Shown one piece after another: positions 20,902 through 32,311 of a stretch of DNA of 64,000 bases (the stretch's first letter is position 1; each line of letters begins with the position of its first letter). Made by a program: the position numbers and the translations under genes. Origin of the DNA: Porphyridium purpureum (lineage: Eukaryota); the NCBI GenBank assembly GCA_008690995.1, contig VRMN01000001.1, positions 1,240,001 through 1,304,000 of the forward strand, written 5' to 3'. A model generated the notes under the pieces. The model was given only the letters and a program-made list of their open reading frames with translations. It was not told the DNA's origin and did no database searches.

Positions 20902-21651
20902 ATGGTGGTCGGATTCGTTGGTGGCGTCGGAGCGGTCTGGGGAGCGCGCGCGACTGCCGCGCGGCAGGGAAGTGGTGATGGGCAGGCGGGTGCGGGAGCG
21001 CGGGGCGTGAGCCGCCGCGCGAGCAGGGCGCGCGTGCGCAGCGTGAATAGCGGGACAATCCGCATGCAGTACAACTTTAATGTGTATCAGGATGGGAACG
21101 AGCGCTCCAAGCGCACCCTCGCGGCCAACGATCGTGCCGTGAGTGTGCAGAAGCCCATGGGGTTGTTGCTGGAGGAGGCGCAGGACGGAATGGTGTTTGT
21201 TGCCGAGGTGTTCGAGGGAAGCAACGCCGAGATGGCCGGCGTCGAGGTCGGCGACATTGTGGTCGCAGTCTCGGCCACGTTTGGAGACGAGGTCTGGTCC
21301 ACGCGCGGCATTGGACTCGCGCGCGTTATGAAATCGATCGAGGTCAGACAGGGCGACTTTGTGACGCTCGTGCTCGAATCGCCCGAACAAGTGTCCGAGA
21401 AGAAGAAACTAGCCGTCAAGGCCGCGGCCATGCGCCGCGAGGACGCGCGGGAGAAGTTTGGCGAGAGAGAGGTCCTGGACCCGAACACTTGGACCAAAAT
21501 GTCCAGCGGTGGCAGCGACAGCGACGCAGAGCTGAAAGCGATGCTGGACTCGGAACAAGCGCAGGATGAAGGGAACAGCAGCCAAGTCATTTACGGAAGT
21601 ATTGGTATTGGATTGCTTGTTATCATTCTGATCGTTGCGCTCTCGCGATAG
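20902..21651 (+). CDS. Plastid-targeted PDZ-domain protein with a C-terminal TM anchor
   Basis: Transit peptide MVVGFVGG; KPMGLLLEE...VFVAEVFEGSNAEMAGVEVGDIVVAVS (PDZ); terminal IGIGLLVIILIVAL. Confidence 0.8.
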   Translation: MVVGFVGGVGAVWGARATAARQGSGDGQAGAGARGVSRRASRARVRSVNSGTIRMQYNFNVYQDGNERSKRTLAANDRAVSVQKPMGLLLEEAQDGMVFVAEVFEGSNAEMAGVEVGDIVVAVSATFGDEVWSTRGIGLARVMKSIEVRQGDFVTLVLESPEQVSEKKKLAVKAAAMRREDAREKFGEREVLDPNTWTKMSSGGSDSDAELKAMLDSEQAQDEGNSSQVIYGSIGIGLLVIILIVALSR

Positions 21652-22059
21652 ATACACCCAAGCACGCCAACTGCTGTGACCATCTGGTCTGAGAAAAGGT
21701 GCACAAAGCCGCAGCGCCTGTGATTGTTCGTCGATGGCTCTCGTGCCGACACACTCTAGAATAAAACCTTACCCAACACACGTCGCCTCGAAACCAAATC
21801 GGTTGCCAGAAATCGACCGGCGCTGGTACAGTTATAAAAAAGAAGACATTATTACGGGATTGACGGGGCGAAGGTGTCACGGGGACGGTGAAGTGCGGCA
21901 CAATCGTTCGTGATCTGCTGGGTTTGCGCACCGTACGAGGAAAAGTACGCTAGCGCGTCCCATCCCGATCGCGGTTTCTGTATTGGCCTGGGGCTGGTCA
22001 GAAGTGTGGGGCGTCTCGGTGTGTGAAGGAGGAGCGGGGAACGGAAGGAAAGGCGCAGA

Positions 22060-23352
22060 ATGGGGAAGAAGAGGAAGGAAAAAGCAGCCGCCTCGGCTGC
22101 CGCGGCATCTTCGGAACCCTCCACTTTTCAGCCGGGGGCAAGTCTTAAGTCCGTTTCAGCACCAGAATCTTCACCCATTCCATCTGCCGAGCCAGTCGCC
22201 GAGCCAGCTGCCGAGCCAGCCGCCGAGCCAGCCGCCGAGCCAGCCGCCGAGCCAGCCGTCGAGCCAGCCGCCGAGCCAGCCGCCGAGCCAGCCGCCGAGA
22301 CGACCGCTGACGAGCCAACTGCTCAGCAGAACGCGATCCTTCTAGACAAAGATGCAGGTCATATGGAGATGGAGTCCACCAAGCAGGCCGTGGCAACGGC
22401 AGTCGCTTCAGAGGTGGTTAATTTACAAGCAGAAGTTGAAAGGCTAGATGCTCTGATCAGAGAAAAGGATCGAATGTTCGAGGAAAGAGCCTCGCAGCTA
22501 CGTGCAGATGTCGAAACAGCAAACGCCGACCTGGCCGTCGCTGAGAGCGAGATGCATGACCTCGTGCAGAAACTCGGTGAACTTGAAAAGGCCGAAAAGT
22601 CTGCAAGTGATGAGCTTGAAACAGCTCGCGCGGAGATTAGCCGCTTAAGTATGGCGGTTTCGGGCACGCAAGATGCCATGACTCAAAATTCGGCAGAAAA
22701 CCAGCATCTACGAACATTGGTGCAGGAGAAGGACCGCGAGCTTGAGCGCATTAAGCGGACGAATGAGAAGGAGCTGAGTGACAAGGACACGTCCCTGAAA
22801 GCAGTGGTTGCGGAACGCGCACAACTTCAAGAGCGGGTGACGTCGTCGCAAGAGGATGTTTCGAGATTGCAAGGCGAAGTTAGCGCATTGACCAAGATCA
22901 ACGCAGAAATGGAGGCGCGAATGGCCAAGTCCGTTCAGGCAGAACGAGATCTTGTCCAGGTGGTTGACACTCTCGGTGTGAAGGAAAGCAAGATCATGGC
23001 GCTCACAGACGAATTGGAAGACCTCAAGTTGGCGATTTCACACAAAGCTGAAAAGCTCGAGGATGCCGAGGCGCGTCTGGAGCGTCGTGCTGAACTGCAG
23101 GTGAGCTATGAGTCGGAAATTCAGGCACTTAAGGACTCTGCAGAATCCCGTGAACAAGAGCTGAATCGAGCGTTAGCCGGTCTTGAAAAGGCGGATGAAA
23201 AGATCCGAGAACTGGAAGCTAACTTGCGGCAACCGCATCGGCCATGGTTCTCAAGCCTAGCTGAACGTGCCCGAGACTTTACAAGTCGTATCCGAATCCC
23301 TTCAAAGGATGAGCTTTTGGACGCCTTGCATTTCAATGGGCCAGTCTGCTAG
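22060..23352 (+). CDS. Long coiled-coil protein with PAAE repeats
   Basis: 430-aa ORF rich in E/K/L/A heptads; no family recognised. Confidence 0.8.
   Translation: MGKKRKEKAAASAAAASSEPSTFQPGASLKSVSAPESSPIPSAEPVAEPAAEPAAEPAAEPAAEPAVEPAAEPAAEPAAETTADEPTAQQNAILLDKDAGHMEMESTKQAVATAVASEVVNLQAEVERLDALIREKDRMFEERASQLRADVETANADLAVAESEMHDLVQKLGELEKAEKSASDELETARAEISRLSMAVSGTQDAMTQNSAENQHLRTLVQEKDRELERIKRTNEKELSDKDTSLKAVVAERAQLQERVTSSQEDVSRLQGEVSALTKINAEMEARMAKSVQAERDLVQVVDTLGVKESKIMALTDELEDLKLAISHKAEKLEDAEARLERRAELQVSYESEIQALKDSAESREQELNRALAGLEKADEKIRELEANLRQPHRPWFSSLAERARDFTSRIRIPSKDELLDALHFNGPVC
22186..22299 (+). repeat. 12-bp coding minisatellite (GCCGAGCCAGCC) x~9, encoding AEPA repeats
   Basis: Seen directly. 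Confidence 0.95.
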
Positions 23353-23427
23353 AAGTCCGGCACCTTTTCTAGTTCTGGAACACGCAAGCATGGGTGTACA
23401 TTAATCCTATGCGCATATGCGAGTCAT

Positions 23428-24333
23428 TCAGTTCCCTCGTCTTTCGTAAGGATGGTAGCCCAGAACGTGAACCAGCGACGCGCAGCAAGTGGAGATGACG
23501 GCCTGCACCAGCTCGGTCGACGTGGCCGCTATCCGTACGACCAGATTCGCCGAAGTTGGGATGCCAAGGCGCGCGTACCGCACGGACTCGGATGCGGACA
23601 CAAGTGTGCCGGGAAGCAACTGCCTGTGCGAATCACAAACATACCGACTGATGGTATTAGCGACGTCCGCAAGGGCAGGGCCTAGAATATAAATGGTGGC
23701 ATGAGACTCGAACCGGCCCATCCTTGTCTTGAGCTTACCAAAGTTGTCGTCTTCACTCAGCAGCACTCGTTCGTTCACAACCACTGTGCCAGATCCTGCG
23801 CTCTCAAGCGTCTCATCGCAAAGCGCAATTTGGACCGTGCTGTAGAAACGAGAAAAGTTCCAAGATTCGCCTTGTCCCGTTGTTCGTCCAGAAGCCACCC
23901 AATCTACATAAAATAAGGACGCTGTGCGGCCCATTCTTATCACTGTGTCCTGCTTGAACGAGGCATCACGATATAGAATTGTTGGCTCGGGCGCGCTCAC
24001 CAGCAGAGCATGCAAACCTAAGACGCACAGCAGCGACGCGCACGTGGCAAATTCGGCGTCTCTTTGTGACCTGGCCGATTTATAGACCTTGTTGGCGCCT
24101 TGAGTGGCAAGCACGACGACGGCTTCCCGCAGCAACTCCAACTCCAAGCGGTATTCATCTCCACTAACCATTCCGCCGCCGTACTGTATCCAGTAGAGCG
24201 TCGCGCAGCCCTTCGCCGCCATTGGGACCACCAGTAGTCGACTTGGGTAAGCCGAGTACACCAGCGTCGCGCTGCATCGCAGTCGCACGATCTCGAATCG
24301 CGCCTTGCTCGGCCCGCGCTGCGTCATCTGCAT
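23428..24333 (-). CDS. ureD: Urease accessory protein UreD/UreH
   Basis: YGGGMVSGD, TQGANKVYKS, PEPTILYRDASFKQ and DWVASGR...GESWNF. Confidence 0.9.
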   Translation of the reverse strand: MQMTQRGPSKARFEIVRLRCSATLVYSAYPSRLLVVPMAAKGCATLYWIQYGGGMVSGDEYRLELELLREAVVVLATQGANKVYKSARSQRDAEFATCASLLCVLGLHALLVSAPEPTILYRDASFKQDTVIRMGRTASLFYVDWVASGRTTGQGESWNFSRFYSTVQIALCDETLESAGSGTVVVNERVLLSEDDNFGKLKTRMGRFESHATIYILGPALADVANTISRYVCDSHRQLLPGTLVSASESVRYARLGIPTSANLVVRIAATSTELVQAVISTCCASLVHVLGYHPYERRGN

Positions 24334-24390
24334 CCGCCTGAAGAAGGGCGACCGGCCTGTTCCGTGCGTCGTACCGATGGTTTCTGTTTA

Positions 24391-25275
24391 TTAGAGTTCA
24401 TCGCGAATCCCGGCACTCTCCTGGGCCTCCTTTGCATTTTCTGTTTGCATGGGTACCAGTTTGCGGACTACAAAAAGGTCAGGACCTGCACCGAAAGGAG
24501 CTAGCCTACGGTGCGAGACCATGACGAGTCCAGCGTCATTCAGGATTTCGCCGAATTTGTGTGGCTGTGGAAAGGCTTCGAGGCTCTGTTGAAGGTATCG
24601 ATACTCCTTCGGGTGATTGGAAATGATCCCAGCAACAAAGGGCATAATATCGTGGATAAAGAACCTCGCCAGCGGGGCCAGCCAGCCGTCTGTCGGTTCA
24701 GAGAGCTCGAGAATTACCAGACGCGCACGGCTGTGCCTCTTGAGCACGCGCGCAATTTCGCCAAGGCCTTTCAAGCGGTCCCGGAAATTGCGGACGCCGA
24801 ACGATACTGTCACAAAGTCGAACGTTTCATCTTCGAATGGCAGCATTTCGCTCTGCGCAACCTGGAGCGTGACGCGGTCTCTGAGTCCAGCGGCAGCAAC
24901 TTTTTCACGCCCCAGATCCAGCATGTTGATCGACGGATCGATACCGTCAATAACGACATGCGGCGGTGTTGATGCGGCTACCGCAATGGCAACGTCTGCT
25001 GTGCCTGTGGCCACATCCAGTACTCGCACTGTCTCAACCGCTGGATCCACGTCGGCCAGAAACTCGTTCATGTGAAGCTCTGCGATCGCGTCCAGCCGCC
25101 ATGCTTCATCGCGGCCGAGCGAAATAATTTTGTTCAGCATGTCATACGATGCAGCGATCGTGTCGAACATCTGTCCGCTGCCGTCCGGTTCACCCTCAGC
25201 CTTCGCCTCGGGCACGGTCGAGATCATAAACACGACGCAGAGCACGAGCGCACCTGCCAAGCGTGCAGTCGCCAT
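24391..25275 (-). CDS. UbiE/COQ5/MenG-family C-methyltransferase with signal peptide and C-terminal RDEL
   Basis: MFDTIAASYDMLNKIISLG, VLDVATGTAD, LPFEDETFD, SFGVRNF and YRYLQQSLEAFP. Confidence 0.92.
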   Translation of the reverse strand: MATARLAGALVLCVVFMISTVPEAKAEGEPDGSGQMFDTIAASYDMLNKIISLGRDEAWRLDAIAELHMNEFLADVDPAVETVRVLDVATGTADVAIAVAASTPPHVVIDGIDPSINMLDLGREKVAAAGLRDRVTLQVAQSEMLPFEDETFDFVTVSFGVRNFRDRLKGLGEIARVLKRHSRARLVILELSEPTDGWLAPLARFFIHDIMPFVAGIISNHPKEYRYLQQSLEAFPQPHKFGEILNDAGLVMVSHRRLAPFGAGPDLFVVRKLVPMQTENAKEAQESAGIRDEL

Positions 25276-25510
25276 TTGAGCATGCAACACGTTCCCCGCC
25301 TTCCCCCTCGACCCGCAGACGCAATTGCTAACCTGGCTTGCGGGCTTTGTTCTGGTTTCAGTGTTTGCATTGTCAAGCCTTGTCGGGCAGAAGGGACTGG
25401 GGGCGGGAATACCAAGGCTGGGTCAAATTTGGCTATCATAAAGTGCGACGGGTATATCGTCATGGGATTGTGCGGCAAAGAAATTTTATTCTTTCGAGCG
25501 CGGAGCACCG

Positions 25511-26644
25511 TCATGTCGCCATGAATGAATCGTCCATGGTCACATTCTGGAATAGATCTGATCCTTCCTTGCCGCGCAGTTCCTCATGATAATGGAAGAA
25601 TTCGTCGTAGATCAGCGCTCGCAGCTGATCCTTGGTTAAGTTTTCATTCTCAAACTCAAACTGGAATGTCTGCTCGCAATGTGGTTCGTCATCCGGGTCG
25701 TGTAGACCGGCCAGGTACGGGTGCCGAAGCGCTTCTTCTACCGTTATCCGCTTTGCGGGATCAAAGACCAACATGCGATTGAGAACATCGACGGCTTCGG
25801 GTGAGGCGTCCGGGAACAACTTTTCGAGGGGGATTCCCGGCTTGTGCGGAAGCGACTGCATAAACCGCCGAGCCCGTTCCGAATGAATATACTCCATGTC
25901 TTCAGCCGAAGGCGTTCCGATAATGTCTGTGATCAGATTAATTTGGTGTATGTAGTCCTTGCCTGGGAACAGTGGCTTCCGGCCGATGATTTCGGCCAGA
26001 ATACAGCCCACCGACCAGACATCCACCGAGTTTGTATACTCGCGCCATGACAGCATGATTTCTGGCGCGCGGTACCACCTCGTGGCCACATACGCGGTCA
26101 GGAATCCAGCTTGGTCGTCCGGTGACGCGATGCGTGCAAGCCCAAAATCGCAGATCTTGAGGTCGCAGTTTCCATTCAGCAGCACGTTAGATGGTTTCAA
26201 ATCGCGATGCAGTACGAGCGCCGAGTGAATGTATTTGAGGCCTCGCAAAATCTGATATATAAAATATTGAGTATGCTCGTCGCTGAGAGGTTGCCCGGAC
26301 TGGATGATTTGGTGCAGATCTGTGTCCATGAGTTCCGACACCGTATACACATCCTGGAACTCTTGCCCTTCTGTGGAAGGGAGGTACACGTCCTTGAGCG
26401 TGATGATATTTTCGTGGGCAAAGTGCCGCAACAGCTTCATTTCCCGCAGGGTCCTCTTGCAATCGATGAGGTTATCAAAGATACCGGTGATCTTCTTGAT
26501 CGCGACCTTCTCGCCCGTCTGCTGGTCGCGCGCCGAGCACACAATGCCGTATGCGCCCTGTCCAATCGGCTTGATGAGCTGGTAGCGATCTGGGCACTCA
26601 AAACGAGTGCCCATCACATTAAACGACCGCGTGCCAATCCCCAT
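25511..26644 (-). CDS. Mitogen-activated protein kinase (activation loop TAY)
   Basis: [40 protein letters not shown] and a CD domain LHDPDDEP. Confidence 0.97.
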   Translation of the reverse strand: MGIGTRSFNVMGTRFECPDRYQLIKPIGQGAYGIVCSARDQQTGEKVAIKKITGIFDNLIDCKRTLREMKLLRHFAHENIITLKDVYLPSTEGQEFQDVYTVSELMDTDLHQIIQSGQPLSDEHTQYFIYQILRGLKYIHSALVLHRDLKPSNVLLNGNCDLKICDFGLARIASPDDQAGFLTAYVATRWYRAPEIMLSWREYTNSVDVWSVGCILAEIIGRKPLFPGKDYIHQINLITDIIGTPSAEDMEYIHSERARRFMQSLPHKPGIPLEKLFPDASPEAVDVLNRMLVFDPAKRITVEEALRHPYLAGLHDPDDEPHCEQTFQFEFENENLTKDQLRALIYDEFFHYHEELRGKEGSDLFQNVTMDDSFMAT

Positions 26645-28506
26645 CTCGGCCGCGCCTCCACCACCGAGCGCCCTTCCCGCGCGAATCCCCCCGGACGCCC
26701 ACTCTTCCTAATGCACCACCCCGCCCCCACGCGCGTCACACGTCGCCGGCCGAGATCACGACGCGTCTGCGACTCCGGCCCGCTTATCTCAAGCATGCAG
26801 ATTCCACCTCTGCCGCGCGTGCACCCCCTACCCCACCCCACCCTCCTACACGCACGCCGTGTCCCCGCCCACCCGCCGGCGACACCACGAGCCAACTGCT
26901 TTCTCCGCGCGCCCCTTCTCCCCAGTCACCCGTCCACGCCACCACCGCTCGCTTCCACCAAGGGAATTCCCGTGCCACCCACCCGACCCAAAAACCCACC
27001 CACCCACATTACACAAAGACGCGCGCGCACACGTGCTCAACAACGTGCACTTTAACTGTACCCCGAGTCTCGCATAAGGTACCGTGCACGCACTCGCAGT
27101 GCCTCCAACCCGTGCGTTCGTGCGTGGGTGGTCCACGCAGCGTTGAATCTTGACCTCATTCCTGCGCGGCACGAGCTTCACGCGATCCACTCGACGTGTT
27201 CCACGTGGATGTGGCAGAGCGTGCGTTCTTGGACGCGCAGGATCCACGCTCGTGGCCGAGCGCGTCTCGTCCGTCCACGTGGTTCCGATTGGGTCCTACG
27301 CTTGAGACCGGTTCGTCGGAGCGGCGCCACAGCCTCATGCGCGATGAATAACGGCACAACGCGGATGTGTGGCACGGTGCGAATCTTCGGACACGGGCAC
27401 GTCGCTCGGTGAGGCCTCAGGTTCCATGTTGGAGCCTGCACTGTAGCTGACCTCGCCGGGCTCGCCATCTCACCGCCCGCAAAATGGTATCCTGGGCGCT
27501 GTCCACGTGCGCACCAAGCGCAACGAATTCACGCAGGAATTCGAGTACATGGTACCGTGTCCACAGTCTAGCACGATAACTTTTTTGGTCGTCCTGTATC
27601 CCTTTCTTTTATTTGCATGCACCTGTCCATGGTTCATGTCGCCAGCGTTTCCGTTCGATCGTCCTGATAGTCTTGCCCTGCAGGTCAACAATATAGCTGA
27701 AAGAAGCGCGCACGTATACGGTACATGTTACCGGGCTGCCGGCATGTGCTATTTCATCAGTAGCAGTTATATCTTGCCTTTTCGTTGTGTCACAGCTGGT
27801 GTACAAGTCGTCCATGCAGGCACGCGCTCAGCTCCAGCTGCACGAAACCATGTTTTCCCCGGTGGCCGCGACTCTAATGTCGCTGGCCGAATTGGGATTC
27901 GCACACTTTCACGATGATGCTCTCGTTCATGACTGGACCGGGGTCGTGATGAGCAATACGCATTCGCTATGTTTGGCGCACATGCTTCACAACGAACTCA
28001 ATGCATTTCCTTGCCCTGATCTGCAGACGCTGCCATGTGCGCGATGCTAGCTCCCGGTGTCCACCGTATGAAGGTGCACCGTAACTCAGAAATCGGTGTT
28101 TCACGCTACATTGCAAGAACTCTAATCCACTGTCCCACACTTGTGCTCAAATCCCGCCAGTACAGGAGGCTCGCTGTCGCCCTCAAAGTCCATCTCGAGC
28201 CGAAGCAGCTCTTGCTCGATGGCGCGCGGCGCTACCCCCACGCATCTCACGCAAAAGCCTCCCACTCTGATTGCTGAGACAGGCGATGTCGCTCTGCCAT
28301 CATGCATTCATGCTTGCTTGCTTGCCGCCTCTCTTTCTGCTTCTTTTCCCCTGACTGCGTTCGCAAGTCGAACCGAGATTCCGTGCATTGGTCATTCATG
28401 ACGGTCACTTTTTTAAGCAACAACGCTACTAGCACGGTAAAACAGACCCACTTTAGTATGACCCGTTCCCGACTCGCAGAGCTGGGATGTCGATGGGACG
28501 GGTTGA

Positions 28507-30207
28507 ATGAAGGCCGTGCTTTCTTCGTTCCTCCTCGCCTACAACTCCGCGCTCTCTCTCTTTCTCGCGGCGATGCGCGCCGCGGAACCTGGTGCATCAC
28601 TCGCGATCACTGACAGACCGACACGCCGACTGTTAAACCTGTCGCTGGGCCGACTCGTGGCTTCTTTGCTTGTATGTGCTGCATCCGCAATTGCGTGGCT
28701 GGTGCTACGCACAACGCGTAAGCATGGAGCGACGCTTGAGGGATTGTTTGCAAAGAGTGCCGATGTAATTGACAGGAGCGCGAGCTCGGCTTTTGGTGGA
28801 AATGAAGACCGGGAGGTCGTTTCGCGGCGTGATGGATTTCTGCATGACCCGCGCATGTTCCCCATGCTGTTCGATGAGGCGTGGTTACGAACGCATGCGA
28901 CTTCGCCTGCCGGTTACTTGGCAGGACGACCAGAGCTTCTAGTGGAAGTCCCACGCCGCGTGCCATTCGCAGAGCTCAAGCATGCATCCAACGAGTGTCT
29001 AAACAATGTGTTAGGCTTCAAGGGGAAGCATCCCCTGCCGCAGCCGTCATTCAATGGAAGCGACGGTTGGGCGCTGAAAATTTCGTCTGCGATCTTTCAG
29101 GAGCCTCGAGCGCATTGGATCTTTTTTGTTCTTCCTTTGGTGAATCACGTCCGCCGGGCGCGGCTCTCTGGAGGACCCGTATTCTTGCTTGTAAATAACC
29201 TCGACACCAGTGGCATCAAGGGGCACCACAAAAGCGTGCTGTGGGAGCGCAAGATCCTGGTATACATCACAAGTCAATTGGACGGTATCATATATTTACG
29301 TGACGCCGAGCATAATGCAAGATTGGAGCCAAAGCTTCCTGCATGTACGAGAACTGTCGGCGTGCCATCCAAGCTGCCCTCCTCCATGATCAACCGAGAC
29401 GATTATCTGTATGCGCGCCGCATTCTCTCGCGCTTCGCGCAACGTCCATTATATCAACACTGCAGGGAAAGGCGCCTGCACAAACCCGTGGTTTGGATTC
29501 TTGACCGGCGCATCTGGTCGCGCAGGCTGCGAAATCGTGCTGATATTGAAATGCTCGTACGTGAAGAGATGGGCGATGACGTGGAAATCCGGGTCTTCGA
29601 TAACCCGAACACAGATTGCGAAAATTACATCAAGGGCTTTGCTAATTGCAACGATGCGCACCCGGTGTATCTGGCTCAGGACTATCCGTTCTTTCATGCG
29701 TCTCATCGGTCTGAACGGGCCAATGACACGGCCGGGTCCGCTGATAGTATCGCGACCACGGACAAATCTGTATCATGGTCGCCGTCGTCGTCCTTGCCAT
29801 TGCCGGCGCAAAGCGATTTTGACTATGATGCTGCTTTGTTCAACAACATCACGTTTCTGATTGCAGTTCACGGCGGAGGCCTGATGAACGAGTGGCTCCT
29901 TCCAGAGGGTAGCGTTGCCATCGAAATTTACCCCTACGGCGTCATGGATACATCCTACCGCCAGCTATACGCCAACACAAATGCAAGTGGGCTTTACCAC
30001 CTCATGTACCACGACAAAAATGATAGCCAGGCCAGACAGGCCTTTGGATCAGTGCGCGCTGGCGATCTGTGGAACTCTGCTAATCGTGGGAAAGTCAAAG
30101 GCTTATCTGTCGAGGTCTCAATTCGCAAGATGCGCTGGGCCATCAGGCATTCTTATGAATTGTGGAGGAACTCATGCTCGTTGGCCACGGACTGGGGCAT
30201 CAACTAA
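28507..30207 (+). CDS. Glycosyltransferase family 61-like, type II membrane protein
   Basis: IAVHGGGLMN...LPEGSVAIEIYP matches GT61 HGAGLTN...VIEI.P; ILDR...RRLRN; N-terminal TM helix. Confidence 0.8.
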   Translation: MKAVLSSFLLAYNSALSLFLAAMRAAEPGASLAITDRPTRRLLNLSLGRLVASLLVCAASAIAWLVLRTTRKHGATLEGLFAKSADVIDRSASSAFGGNEDREVVSRRDGFLHDPRMFPMLFDEAWLRTHATSPAGYLAGRPELLVEVPRRVPFAELKHASNECLNNVLGFKGKHPLPQPSFNGSDGWALKISSAIFQEPRAHWIFFVLPLVNHVRRARLSGGPVFLLVNNLDTSGIKGHHKSVLWERKILVYITSQLDGIIYLRDAEHNARLEPKLPACTRTVGVPSKLPSSMINRDDYLYARRILSRFAQRPLYQHCRERRLHKPVVWILDRRIWSRRLRNRADIEMLVREEMGDDVEIRVFDNPNTDCENYIKGFANCNDAHPVYLAQDYPFFHASHRSERANDTAGSADSIATTDKSVSWSPSSSLPLPAQSDFDYDAALFNNITFLIAVHGGGLMNEWLLPEGSVAIEIYPYGVMDTSYRQLYANTNASGLYHLMYHDKNDSQARQAFGSVRAGDLWNSANRGKVKGLSVEVSIRKMRWAIRHSYELWRNSCSLATDWGIN

Positions 30208-30378
30208 CAAGAAGCTAGAACACTGACTAAAGCCATGCTGTCTTTTTCGGACAGTCAAAAGCGTACATGTCAGCACAAGACATGCCTCACGCTGTCTACG
30301 AATAGGACTGGGCCATGTCAAGAAAGTGTTAACTTCAGGTTTGGACATGGGTGCAAAGAGAAGGTCATAGTGGAAATC

Positions 30379-32130
30379 ATGGGCCTAGATGATGACGATG
30401 GGGGTGCGCGCCATGTGTGCCAGGTGATAGAGCAGGTTCTTGCAGAGCGTGCCGCGGGTACGGAGATTCCCACAGGGGCGGGATGTGGGTGGGCCGAGCA
30501 AGCGCGTTTACTCCAAGTATCGCTAGCGGCCATTTGCGCAGCACGTTCTGAGCCAGACGAATCTGTATTACACGGCGTGGAAATGTGGTTTTCCCGCGCG
30601 CGTCAGGCGTGGCTTTGCGAACAGGGAGCATCCAGATCGCATTTCATGTCCTCTCTTCTCGCTTTAATGCAGGCATTGAACGCTTTGAATCAGAACGGCG
30701 CCGTCACCACGTCGGTGGTGTACAAGGTAATTTCTGATTCCTTGGACGTCATGGAGGCGGCCGAGATTAATATGGCGCTGCAAACGATACTGCTGAATCG
30801 CATGTGGCAGTGGGAGGCCCATCACATGAAGTATTTTCAATTGGTTCTCAGAAGCGCCATGCGCTTTCTCAACATGGACTCTGAAGGGCACCCAAGCCTG
30901 CGCGGGAATCTGCTGATCTTCTTCTCGCAGGTCCTACCACCTGATCATCCGGCTTTGGTGAACGTGACTGGTACGATTTGGCGAGCAGGTTTGGATATTC
31001 AGGGCGACAGCGGCCTGACGACATTTTCAAATATGCCATCACCTCCATCGGTTCTCAATGTACACGCGCAGCTGCTTGGAAATGCCCGAAAGCTTCGACA
31101 GTGGCTTTCGCGTCCAAAATTTATCCAAGAAAGCTCAGCGGCGTCACTAATTGCTTTTTGTAACAACACGTGGATGCCTGTACTTCGGCATTTCGACGAG
31201 GAGAGCTTGACCGATAGCTTTGTCGGAAGCGACACCTTCAGTGCGGAACCCGACGCGAGCAGTTTTGGTGATCCAGTTTCAATGCTAGTAGATGAATGCT
31301 TCGTTTTGGGGGAAAGGTGCGGCTCGTATGACAATCTCGTTTTCCCAGACATCGATCTGGAAAAAAAAATTGTTACACAAAGTTTGCTGGTTGTGCACTT
31401 TTTGAACGGCGCATGGGACTCTGACGATGTTCGTCTGACCTCAATAAGAGAAGTTGAGCGGTTTCTTGTGAGCTCTTCGCTGGTTAGGAAGTCGTACTGG
31501 GCCCCTCTTCGAAAGTTCTTGGAAAATGAGACGCTTTGGAACTACTGGAAGGACACAAGGAAGACCAAGCAGCAAGCAGTCCATACTGAGCTTCTCGCGG
31601 ATGACGACGTCTTCAAGCTCAACGCTTGGAGAGTTCCATGCGATGTAGAGATTGATGATCCGCGAGAGCGCATGCGCGCGCATCGGACATTCAGAGACGC
31701 AGCAGTGGCTCTGCAGGGAATGAAGCGACCTCGCGCGTCTATCGATGACGCTCGAGAGGACCTTGTGCAACGGCTCCGAGATGAGCTAGAAGAACGTGAC
31801 GAAGATAAGAGTTTGAACAATCGGCTATTTCGGTGGAAAGCATTTCGAATTGCAGAGACAGCAGACCAAGAAGGGTTGGAGCGCGTCGCGCAACAGGGTG
31901 GGAACCTAGAATTTCTCACAGGTGTGCAGAATTCTGAACCAGAAGAGAAGCTCGCACCTGAAACGGGTGATGACAAAGCCAGCCCAATACCTATGGACGA
32001 AATCAACCCAATCATTGCAGACGTAGAGGGAGACGATGGCTTCACGTCGATCGGCGCGGAAGGAATCGCAGTTCATGGACGTGCGGAACAGCCCATGGAT
32101 GAGCGGGTAGATTCGGAAGCGCAAAAATAA
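30379..32130 (+). CDS. THOC1: THO complex subunit 1 (THOC1/Hpr1)-like
   Basis: LRGNLLIFFSQVLP...VNVTG, FLENETLWNYWK and FRWKAFR resemble conserved THOC1 blocks; start 30379 or 30235. Confidence 0.7.
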   Translation: MGLDDDDGGARHVCQVIEQVLAERAAGTEIPTGAGCGWAEQARLLQVSLAAICAARSEPDESVLHGVEMWFSRARQAWLCEQGASRSHFMSSLLALMQALNALNQNGAVTTSVVYKVISDSLDVMEAAEINMALQTILLNRMWQWEAHHMKYFQLVLRSAMRFLNMDSEGHPSLRGNLLIFFSQVLPPDHPALVNVTGTIWRAGLDIQGDSGLTTFSNMPSPPSVLNVHAQLLGNARKLRQWLSRPKFIQESSAASLIAFCNNTWMPVLRHFDEESLTDSFVGSDTFSAEPDASSFGDPVSMLVDECFVLGERCGSYDNLVFPDIDLEKKIVTQSLLVVHFLNGAWDSDDVRLTSIREVERFLVSSSLVRKSYWAPLRKFLENETLWNYWKDTRKTKQQAVHTELLADDDVFKLNAWRVPCDVEIDDPRERMRAHRTFRDAAVALQGMKRPRASIDDAREDLVQRLRDELEERDEDKSLNNRLFRWKAFRIAETADQEGLERVAQQGGNLEFLTGVQNSEPEEKLAPETGDDKASPIPMDEINPIIADVEGDDGFTSIGAEGIAVHGRAEQPMDERVDSEAQK

Positions 32131-32311
32131 GGTAGGGATAGAGTATGCGTCGCGCCAATGGTAGACGTTTCTGTAGTCTTGGGGCTGAAAAATCCTCTGC
32201 GACATGCCGAGAGCCTTTAATGCTTCGTCCAACATCGAATGGCATCACAAGGAAGGAACACGAAAAAGTCAGAAGCAGGCAAATGAGATTCTCCGTCAAG
32301 CATTCTCCACG

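Noticed and set aside
7384..22299. Short tandem repeats as a possible CRISPR array or telomere
   Set aside because: No unique spacers, eukaryotic context, and only short internal tracts.
27100..28400. Protein-like fragments (e.g. LMSLAELGF, AIEQELLRLEMDF) in the MAPK-GT61 gap
   Set aside because: Too short and inconsistent to call a gene or pseudogene without a search.
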